NCBI RefSeq assembly: GCF_963921235.1
Contig: NC_086108.1
Span: forward strand, 3,782,001 to 3,846,000
Direction: 5' to 3'
Length of the DNA stretch: 64,000 nt
Origin: Mobula hypostoma
Taxonomy: Eukaryota
The notes below the pieces were generated by a model. It saw only the letters and a list, made by a program, of their open reading frames with translations, was not told the origin of the DNA and searched no databases. Positions 53,801-64,000 of this stretch are shown here, in pieces. Numbering within the stretch: the first letter of the stretch is position 1; the number at the start of each line of letters is the position of its first letter. A program made the translations under genes and the position numbers.

Positions 53801-55849
53801 TGGGGTAATAACTGTTCCTGAACCTGGTGGTGTGGGACCTCATTGTGGTGTGTGAAGTTATCCACACTGGTTCAGGAGCCTGATGGCTGTGGGGTAATAA
53901 CTGTTCCTGAACCTGCTGGTGTGGGACCTGAGGCTCATTGTGGTGAGTGAAGTTATCCACACTGGTTCAGGAGCCTGATGGTTGTGGGGTAATAACTGTT
54001 CCTGAACCTGCTGGTGTGGGACATGAGGCTCATTGTGGTGGGTGAAGTTATCCACACTGGTTCAGGAGCCTGATGGTTGTGGGGTAATAACTGTTCCTGA
54101 ACCTGCTGGTGTGGGACCTGAGGCTCATTGTGGTGAGTGAAGATATCCACACTGGTTCAGGAGCCTGATGGTTGTGGGGTAATAACTGTTCCTGAACCTG
54201 GTGGTGTGGGACCTGAGGCTCATTGTGGTGAGTGAAGTTATCCACACTGGTTCAGGAGGCCGATGGTTGTGGGGTAATAATTGTTCCTGAAGCTTGCGGT
54301 GTGGGACCTGAGGCTCATTGTGGTGGGTGAAGTTATCCACACTGGTTCAGGAGCCCGATGGTTGTGGGGTAATAACTGTTCCTGAAGCTGGCGGTGTGGG
54401 ACCTGAGGCTCATTGTGGTGGGTGAAGTTATCCACACTGGTTCAGGAGCCCGATGGTTGTGGGGTAATAACTGTTCCTGAATCTGCTGGTGTGGGACCTG
54501 AGGCTCATTGTGGTGGGTGAAGTTATCCACACTGGTTCAGGAGCCTGATGGTTGTGGGGTAATAACTGTTCCTGAACCTGCTGGTGTGGGACCTGAGGCT
54601 CATTGTGGTGGGTGAAGTTATCCACACTGGTTCAGGAGCCTGATGGTTGTGGGGTAATAACTGTTCCTGAACCTGCTGGTGTGGGACCTGAGGCTCATTG
54701 TGGTGAGTGAAGTTATCCACACTGGTTCAGGAGCCTGATGGTTGTGGGGTAATAACTGTTCCTGAACCTGGTGGTTTGGGACCTGAGGCTCATTGTGGGG
54801 AGTGAAGTTATCCACACTGGTTCAGGAGCCTGATGGTTGTGGGGTAATAACTGTTCCTGAACCTGCTGGTGTGGGACCTGAGGCTCATTGTGGTGAGTGA
54901 AGTTATCCACACTGGTTCAGGAGCCTGATGGTTGTGGGGTAATAACTGTTCCTGAACCTGGTGGTGTGGGAACTCATTGTGGTGAGTGAAGTTATCCACA
55001 CTGTTTCAGGAGCCTGATGGCTGTGGGGTAATAACTGTTCCTGAACCTGGTGGTGTGGGACCTGAGGCTCATTGTGGTGAGTGAAGTTATCCACACTGGT
55101 TCAGGAGCCTGATGGTTGTGGGGTAATAACTGTTCCTGAACCTGGTGGTGTGGGACCTGAGGCTCATTGTGGTGGGTGAAGTTATCCACACTGGTTCAGG
55201 AGCCTGATGGTTGTGGGGTAATAACTGTTCCTGAACCTGCTGGTGTGGGACCTGAGGCTCATTGTGGTGAGTGAAGTTATCCACACTGGTTCAGGAGCCT
55301 GATGGTTGTGGGGTAATAACTGTTCCTGAACCTTCTGGTATGGGACCTGAGGCTCATTGTGGTGAGTGAAGTTATCCACACTGGTTCAGGAGCCTGATGG
55401 TTGTGGGGTAATAACTGTTCCTGAACCTGGTGGTGTGGGACCTGAGGCTCATTGTGGGGAGTGAAGTTATCCACACTGGTTCAGGAACCTGACGGTTGTG
55501 GGGTAATAACTGTTCCTGAACCTGGTGGTGTGGGACCTGAGGCTCATTGTGGTGAGTGAAGTTATCCACACTGGTTCAGGAGCCTGACGGTTGTGGGGTA
55601 ATAACTGTTCCTGAACCTGGTGGTGTGGGACCTGAGGCTCATTGTGGTGAGTGAAATTATCCACACTGGTTCAGGAGCCTGACGGTTGTGGGGTAATAAT
55701 TGTTCCTGAACCTGGTGGTGTGGGACCTGAGGCTCATTGTGGTGAGTGAAGTTATCCACACTGGTTCAGGAGCCCGATGGTTGTGGGGTAATAGTTGTTC
55801 CCGAACCTGGTGGTGTGGGACCTGAGGCTCATTGTGGTGAGTGAAGTTA

Positions 55850-58800
55850 TCCACACTGGTTCAGGAGCCCGATGGTTGTGGGGTAATAACTGTTCCCGAA
55901 CCTGGCGGTGTGGGACCTGACGCTCATTGTGGTGAGTGAAGTTATCCACACTGGTTCAGGAGCCCGATGGTTGTGGGGTAATAACTGTTCCTGAACCTGG
56001 TGGTGTGGGATCTGAGGCTCATTGTGGTGGGTGAAGTTATCCACACTGGTTCAGGAGCCTGATGGTTGTGGGGTAATAACTGTTCCTGAACCTGGTGGTG
56101 TGGGACCTGAGGCTCATTGTGGTGGGTGAAGTTATCCACACTGGTTCAGGAGCCTGATGTTTGTGGGGTAATAACTGTTCCTGAACCTGCTGGTGTGGGA
56201 CCTGAGGCTGATTGTGGTGAGTGAAGTTATCCACACTGGTTCAGGAGCCTGATGGTTGTGGGGTAATAACTGTTCCTGAACCTGCTGGTTTGGGACCTGA
56301 GGCTCATTGTGGGGAGTGAAGTTATCCACATTGGTTCAGCAGCCTGATGGTTGTGGGGTAATAACTGTTCCTGAACCTGCTGGTGTGGGACCTGAGGCTC
56401 ATTGTGGTGAGTGAAGTTATCCACACTGGTTCAGGAGCCTGATGGTTGTGGGGTAATAACTGTTCCTGAACCTGGTGGTGTGGGACCTCATTGTGGTGAG
56501 TGAAGTTATCCACACTGGTTCAGGAGCCTGATGGCTGTGGGGTAATAACTGTTCCTGAACCTGCTGGTGTGGGACCAGAGGCTCATTGTGGGGAGTGAAG
56601 TTATCCACACTGGTTCAGGAGCCTGATGGTTGTGGGGTAATAACTGTTCCTGAACCTGGTGGTGTGGGACCTGAGGCTCATTGTGGTGAGTGAAGTTATC
56701 CACACTGGTTCAGGAGGCCGATGGTTGTGGGGTAATAATTGTTCCTGAAGCTTGCGGTGTGGGACCTGAGGCTCATTGTGGTGTGTGAAGTTATCCACAC
56801 TGGTTCAGGAGCCCGATGGTTGTGGGGTAATAACTGTTCCTGAAGCTGGCGGTGTGGGACCTGAGGCTCATTGTGGTGGGTGAAGTTATCCACACTGGTT
56901 CAGGAGCCCGATGGTTGTGGGGTAATAACTGTTCCTGAATCTGCTGGTGTGGGACCTGAGGCTCATTGTGGTGGGTGAAGTTATCCACACTGGTTCAGGA
57001 GCCTGATGGTTCTGTGGTAATAACTGTTCCTGAACCTGCTGGTGTGGGACCTGAGGCTCATTGTGGTGGGTGAAGTTATCCACACTGGTTCAGGAGCCTG
57101 ATGGTTGTGGGGTAATAACTGTTCCTGAACCTGCTGGTGTGGGACCTGAGGCTCATTGTGGTGAGTGAAGTTATCCACACTGGTTCAGGAGCCTGATGGT
57201 TGTGGGGTAATAACTGTTCCTGAACCTGGTGGTTTGGGACCTGAGGCTCATTGTGGGGAGTGAAGTTATCCACACTGGTTCAGGAGCCTGATGGTTGTGG
57301 GGTAATAACTGTTCCTGAACCTGCTGGTGTGGGACCTGAGGCTCATTGTGTTGAGTGAAGTTATCCACACTGGTTCAGGAGCCTGATGGTTGTGGGGTAA
57401 TAACTGTTCCTTAACCTGGTGGTGTGGGACTGAGGCTCATTGTGGTGAGTGAAGTTATCCACACTGGTTCAGGAGCCTGATGGTTGTGGGGTAATAACTG
57501 TTCCTGAACCTGCTGGTGTGGGACCTGCGGCTCATTGTGGTGAGTGAAGTTATCCACACTGGTTCAGGAGCCTGATGGTTGTGGGGTAATAACTGTTCCT
57601 GAACCTGGTGGTGTGGGACCTGAGGCTCATTGTGGTGGGTGAAGTTATCCACACTGGTTCAGGAGCCTGATGGTTGTGGGGTAATAACTGTTCCTGAACC
57701 TGCTGGTGTGGGACCTGAGGATGATTGTGGTGAGTGAAGTTATCCACACTGGTTCAGGAGCCTCATGGTTGTGGGGTAATAACTGTTCCTGAACCTGCTG
57801 GTTTGGGACCTGAGGCTCATTGTGGGGAGTGAAGTTATCCACACTGGTTCAGCAGCCTGATGGTTGTGGGGTAATAACTGTTCCTGAACCTGCTGGTGTG
57901 GGACCTGAGGCTCATTGTGGTGAGTGAAGTTATCCACGCTGGTTCAGGAGCCTGATGGTTGTGGGGTAATAACTGTTCCTGAACCTGGTGGTGTGGGACC
58001 TCATTGTAGTGAGTGAAGTTATCCACACTGGTTCAGGAGCCTGATGGCTGTGGGGTAATAACTGTTCCTGAACCTGCTGGTGTGGGACCAGAGGCTCATT
58101 GTGGGGAGTGAAGTTATCCACACTGGTTCAGGAGCCTGATGGTTGTGGGGTAATAACTGTTCCTGAACCTGGTGGTGTGGGACCTGAGGCTCATTGTGGT
58201 GAGTGAAGTTATCCATACTGGTTCAGGAGCCCGATGGTTGTGGGGTAATAACTGTTCCCAAACCTGGCGGTGTGGGACCTGAGGCTCATTGTGGTGAGTG
58301 AAGTTATCCACACTGGTTCAGGAGCCCGATGGTTGTGGGGTAATAACTGTTCCTGAACCTGGTGGTGTGGGATCTGAGGCTCATTGTGGTGGGTGAAGTT
58401 ATCCACACTGGTTCAGGAGCCTGATGGTTGTGGGGTAATAACTGTTCCTGAACCTGGTGGTGTGGGACCTGAGGCTCATTGTGGTGGGTGAAGTTATCCA
58501 CACTGGTTCAGGAGCCTGATGTTTGTGGGGTAATAACTGTTCCTGAACCTGCTGGTGTGGGACCTGAGGCTGATTGTGGTGAGTGAAGTTATCCACACTG
58601 GTTCAGGAGCCTGATGGTTGTGGGGTAATAACTGTTCCTGAACCTGCTGGTTTGGGACCTGAGGCTCATTGTGGGGAGTGAAGTTATCCACACTGGTTCA
58701 GCAGCCTGATGGTTGTGGGGTAATAACTGTTCCTGAACCTGCTGGTGTGGGACCTGAGGCTCATTGTGGTGAGTGAAGTTATCCACACTGGTTCAGGAGC

Positions 58801-60000
58801 CTGATGGTTGTGGGGTAATAACTGTTCCTGAACCTGGTGGTGTGGGACCTCATTGTGGTGAGTGAAGTTATCCACACTGGTTCAGGAGCCTGATGGCTGT
58901 GGGGTAATAACTGTTCCTGAACCTGCTGGTGTGGGACCAGAGGCTCATTGTGGGGAGTGAAGTTATCCACACTGGTTCAGGAGCCTGATGGTTGTGGGGT
59001 AATAACTGTTCCTGAACCTGGTGGTGTGGGACCTGAGGCTCATTGTGGTGAGTGAAGTTATCCACACTGGTTCAGGAGGCCGATGGTTGTGGGGTAATAA
59101 TTGTTCCTGAAGCTTGCGGTGTGGGACCTGAGGCTCATTGTGGTGGGTGAAGTTATCCACACTGGTTCAGGAGCCCGATGGTTGTGGGGTAATAACTGTT
59201 CCTGAAGCTGGCGGTGTGGGACCTGAGGCTCATTGTGGTGGGTGAAGTTATCCACACTGGTTCAGGAGCCCGATGGTTGTGGGGTAATAACTGTTCCTGA
59301 ATCTGCTGGTGTGGGACCTGAGGCTCATTGTGGTGGGTGAAGTTATCCACACTGGTTCAGGAGCCTGATGGTTCTGTGGTAATAACTGTTCCTGAACCTG
59401 CTGGTGTGGGACCTGAGGCTCATTGTGGTGGGTGAAGTTATCCACACTGGTTCAGGAGCCTGATGGTTGTGGGGTAATAACTGTTCCTGAACCTGCTGGT
59501 GTGGGACCTGAGGCTCATTGTGGTGAGTGAAGTTATCCACACTGGTTCAGGAGCCTGATGGTTGTGGGGTAATAACTGTTCCTGAACCTGGTGGTTTGGG
59601 ACCTGAGGCTCATTGTGGGGAGTGAAGTTATCCACACTGGTTCAGGAGCCTGATGGTTGTGGGGTAATAACTGTTCCTGAACCTGCTGGTGTGGGACCTG
59701 AGGCTCATTGTGGTGAGTGAAGTTATCCACACTGGTTCAGGAGCCTGATGGTTGTGGGGTAATAACTGTTCCTTAACCTGGTGGTGTGGGACCTCATTGT
59801 GGTGAGTGAAGTTATCCACACTGGTTCAGGAGCCTGATGGTTGTGGGGTAATAACTGTTCCTGAACCTGCTGGTGTGGGACCTGCGGCTCATTGTGGTGA
59901 GTGAAGTTATCCACACTGGTTCAGGAGCCTGATGGTTGTGGGGTAATAACTGTTCCTGAACCTGGTGGTGTGGGACCTGAGGCTCATTGTGGTGGGTGAA
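55850..60000. repeat. Higher-order tandem duplication, 2362-bp offset (25 monomers)
   Basis: GGGATCTGAGG in monomers 55942/58304; GATGTTTGTGG in 56132/58494; 89-bp monomers at 56417/58779; GGTTCTGTGGTAA in 56981/59343. Confidence 0.85.
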
Positions 60001-63000
60001 GTTATCCACACTGGTTCAGGAGCCTGATGGTTGTGGGGTAATAACTGTTCCTGAACCTGCTGGTGTGGGACCTGAGGCTCATTGTGGGGAGTGAAGTTAT
60101 CCACACTGGTTCAGGAGCCTGATGGTTGTCGGGTAATAACTGTTCCTGAACCTGCTGGTGTGGGACCTGAGGCTCATTGTGGTGAGTGAAGTTATCCACA
60201 CTGGTTCAGGAGCCTGATGGTTGTGGGGTAATAACTGTTCCTGAACCTGGTGGTGTGGGACCTCATTGTGGTGAGTGAAGTTATCCACACTGGTTCAGGA
60301 GCCTGATGGCTGTGGGGTAATAACTGTTCCTGAACCTGCTGGTGTGGGACCTGCGGCTCATTGTGGTGAGTGAAGTTATCCACACTGGTTCAGGAGCCTG
60401 AAGGTTGTGGGGTAATAACTGTTCCTGAACCTGGTGGTGTGGGACCTGAGGCTCATTGTGGTGAGTGAAGTTATCCACACTGGTTCAGGAGCCTGATGGT
60501 TGTGGGGTAATAACTGTTCCTGAACCTTCTGGTGTGGGACCTGAGGCTCATTGTGGTGAGTGAAGTTATCCACACTGGTTCAGGAGCCTGATGGTTGTGG
60601 GGTAATAACTGTTCCTGAACCTGGTGGTGTGGGACCTGAGGCTCATTGTGGGGAGTGAAGTTATCCACACTGGTTCAGGAACCTGACGGTTGTGGGGTAA
60701 TAACTGTTCCTGAACCTGGTGGTGTGGGACCTGAGGCTCATTGTGGTGAGTGAAGTTATCCACACTGGTTCAGGAGCCTGACGGTTGTGGGGTAATAACT
60801 GTTCCTGAACCTGGTGGTGTGGGACCTGAGACTCATTGTGGTGAGTGAAATTATCCACACTGGTTCAGGAGCCTGACGGTTGTGGGGTAATAATTGTTCC
60901 TGAACCTGGTGGTGTGGGACCTGAGGCTCATTGTGGTGAGTGAAGTTATCCACACTGGTTCAGGAGCCCGATGGTTGTGGGGTAATAATTGTTCCCGAAC
61001 CTGGTGGTGTGGGACCTGAGGCTCATTGTGGTGAGTGAAGTTATCCATACTGGTTCAGGAGCCCGATGGTTGTGGGGTAATAACTGTTCCCGAACCTGGC
61101 GGTGTGGGACCTGAGGCTCATTGTGGTGAGTGAAGTTATCCACACTGGTTCAGGAGCCCGATGGTTGTGGGGTAATAACTGTTCCCGAACCTTGTGGTGT
61201 GGGACCTGAGGCTCATTGTGGTGGGTGAAGTTATCCACACTGGTTCAGGAGCCTGATGGTTGTGGGGTAATAACTGTTCCTGAACCTGGTGGTGTGGGAC
61301 CTGAGGCTCATTGTGGTGGGTGAAGTTATCCACACTGGTTCAGGAGCCTGATGGTTGTGGGGTAATAACTGTTCCTGAACCTGCTGGTGTGGGACCTGAG
61401 GCTGATTGTGGTGAGTGAAGTTATCCACACTGGTTCAGGAGCCTCATGGTTGTGGGGTAATAACTGTTCCTGAACCTGCTGGTTTGGGACCTGAGGCTCA
61501 TTGTGGGGAGTGAAGTTATCCACACTGGTTCAGCAGCCTGATGGTTGTGGGGTAATAACTGTTCCTGAACCTGCTGGTGTGGGACCTGAGGCTCATTGTG
61601 GTGAGTGAAGTTATCCACACTGGTTCAGGAGCCTGATGGTTGTGGGGTAATAACTGTTCCTGAACCTGGTGGTGTGGGACCTCATTGTGGTGAGTGAAGT
61701 TATCCACACTGGTTCAGGAGCCTGATGGCTGTGGGGTAATAACTGTTCCTGAACCTGCTGGTGTGGGACCAGAGGCTCATTGTGGGGAGTGAAGTTATCC
61801 ACACTGGTTCAGGAGCCTGATGGTTGTGGGGTAATAACTGTTCCTGAACCTGGTGGTGTGGGACCTGAGGCTCATTGTGGTGAGTGAAGTTATCCACACT
61901 GGTTCAGGAGGCCGATGGTTGTGGGGTAATAATTGTTCCTGAAGCTTGCGGTGTGGGACCTGAGGCTCATTGTGGTGGGTGAAGTTATCCACACTGGTTC
62001 AGGAGCCCGATGGTTGTGGGGTAATAACTGTTCCTGAAGCTGGCGGTGTGGGACCTGAGGCTCATTGTGGTGGGTGAAGTTATCCACACTGGTTCAGGAG
62101 CCTGATGGTTGTGTGGTAATAACTGTTCCTGAACCTGCTGGTGTGGGACCTGAGGCTCATTGTGGTGAGTGAAGTTATCCACACTGGTTCAGGAGCCTGA
62201 TGGTTGTGGGGTAATAACTGTTCCTGAACATGGTGGTGTGGGACCTCATTGTGGTGAGTGAAGTTATCCACACTGGTTCAGGAGCCTGATGGCTGTGGGG
62301 TAATAACTGTTCCTGAACCTGCTGGTGTGGGACCTGCGGCTCATTGTGGTGAGTGAAGTTATCCACACTGGTTCAGGAGCCTGATGGTTGTGGGGTAATA
62401 ACTGTTCCTGAACCTGCTGGTGTGGGACCTGAGGCTCATTGTGGGGAATGAAGTTATCCACACTGGTTCAGGAGCCTGATGGTTGTGGGGTAATAACTGT
62501 TCCTGAACCTGCTGGTGTGGGACCTGAGGCTCATTGTGGTGAGTGAAGTTATCCACACTGGTTCAGGAGCCTGATGGTTGTGGGGTAATAACTGTTCCTG
62601 AACCTGGTGGTGTGGGACCTCATTGTGGTGAGTGAAGTTATCCACACTAGTTCAGGAGCCTGATGGCTGTGGGGTAATAACTGTTCCTGAACCTGGTGGT
62701 GTGGGACCTGAGGCTCATTGTGGTGGGTGAAGTTATCCACACTGGTTCAGGAGCCTGATGGTTGTGGGGTAATAACTGTTCCTGAACCTGGTGGTGTGGG
62801 ACCCTCATTGTGGTGAGTGAAGTTATCCACACTGGTTCAGGAGCCTGATGGTTGTGGGGTAATAACTGTTCCTGAACCTGGTGGTGTGGGACCTGAGGCT
62901 CATTGTGGTGGGTGAAGTTATCCACACTGGTTCAGGAGCCTGATGGTTGTGGGGTAATAACTGTTCCTGAACCTGCTGGTGTGGGACCTGAGGCTCATTG

Positions 63001-64000
63001 TGGTGAGTGAAGTTATCCACACTGGTTCAGGAGCCTGATGGTTGTGGGGTAATAACTGTTCCTGAACCTGCTGGTGTGGGACCTGAGGCTCATTGTGGGG
63101 AGTGAAGTTATCCACACTGGTTCAGGAGCCTGATGGTTGTGGGGTAATAACTGTTCCTGAACCTGCTGGTGTGGGAGCTGAGGCTCATTGTGGGGAGTGA
63201 AGTTATCCACACTGGTTCAGGAGCCCGATGGTTGTGGGGTAATAACTGTTCCCGAACCTGGCGGTGTGGGACCTGAGGCTCATTGTGGTGAGTGAAGTTA
63301 TCCACACTGGTTCAGGAGCCCGATGGTTGTGGGGTAATAACTGTTCCCGAACCTGGTGGTGTGGGACCTGAGGCTCATTGTGGTGGGTGAAGTTATCCAC
63401 ACTGGTTCAGGAGCCTGATGGTTGTGGGGTAATAACTGTTCCTGAACCTGGTGGTGTGGGACCTGAGGCTCATTGTGGTGGGTGAAGTTATCCACACTGG
63501 TTCAGGAGCCTGATGGTTGTGGGGTAATAACTGTTCCTGAACCTGCTGGTGTGGGACCTGAGGATGATTGTGGTGAGTGAAGTTATCCACACTGGTTCAG
63601 GAGCCTCATGGTTGTGGGGTAATAACTGTTCCTGAACCTGCTGGTTTGGGACCTGAGGCTCATTGTGGGGAGTGAAGTTATCCACACTGGTTCAGCAGCC
63701 TGATGGTTGTGGGGTAATAACTGTTCCTGAACCTGCTGGTGTGGGACCTGAGGCTCATTGTGGTGAGTGAAGTTATCCACGCTGGTTCAGGAGCCTGATG
63801 GTTGTGGGGTAATAACTGTTCCTGAACCTGGTGGTGTGGGACCTCATTGTGGTGAGTGAAGTTATCCACACTGGTTCAGGAGCCTGATGGCTGTGGGGTA
63901 ATAACTGTTCCTGAACCTGCTGGTGTGGGACCAGAGGCTCATTGTGGGGAGTGAAGTTATCCACACTGGTTCAGGAGCCTGATGGTTGTGGGGTAATAAC

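Larger units (their letters stand above)
1..64000. repeat. 95-bp tandem satellite array, about 670-680 head-to-tail monomers, running off both window ends
   Basis: TTATCCACACTGGTTCAGG recurs at 83, 178, 273, 368 and onward with a 95-bp period throughout. Most monomers differ from the consensus at only a few positions. No inversion or non-repeat insertion seen. Confidence 0.99.

Noticed and set aside
83..63964. Hundreds of 60-96 aa minus-strand ORFs (MDNFTHHNEPQ...LLNQCG)
   Set aside because: They follow from a 95-bp period, which is not a multiple of 3, with few stops. They start at GTG, overlap one another and read the same monomer in two frames. Not genes.
1..64000. CRISPR-like array (regular period, palindromic element)
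   Set aside because: No unique spacers: the whole 95 bp is repeated. No cas genes or leader.
1..64000. Telomeric repeat, or 5S rRNA / tRNA / snRNA tandem gene cluster
   Set aside because: No TTAGGG runs, no recognisable Pol III A/B/C boxes or oligo-T terminator, and no resemblance that I can recognise to those RNAs.

Overview
The whole 64 kb window is one head-to-tail tandem array (satellite DNA) of a 95-bp monomer, roughly 670-680 copies, all in the same orientation, with no unique sequence, gene, RNA gene or intact transposon visible. Consensus (+ strand, phase of 83-177): TTATCCACACTGGTTCAGGAGCCTGATGGTTGTGGGGTAATAACTGTTCCTGAACCTG[C/G]TGGTGTGGGACCTGAGGCTCATTGTGGTG[A/G]GTGAAG. The hundreds of 63-65 aa ORFs are a by-product of the repeat. 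One minus-strand frame (SLRSHT[T/S]RFRNSYYPTTIRLLNQCG*) resembles the extreme C-terminus of the reverse-transcriptase ORF of Rex1/Babar-type LINEs of fishes and cartilaginous fishes. The satellite therefore probably arose by amplification of a LINE 3'-end fragment (recognised from memory, not database-verified). Each monomer carries a 9-bp perfect inverted repeat within a larger imperfect hairpin. Diagnostic variants (89-bp and 71-bp microhomology deletions, linked SNPs) reveal layered higher-order structure: recurrent 19- and 16-monomer spacing, tandem block duplications of 570, 1229, 2362, 2451, 3686, 3954 and ~11000 bp, and a block recurring at ~41 kb. A few indel-rich patches look like assembly or consensus errors. 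I find no support for a novel protein-coding system.
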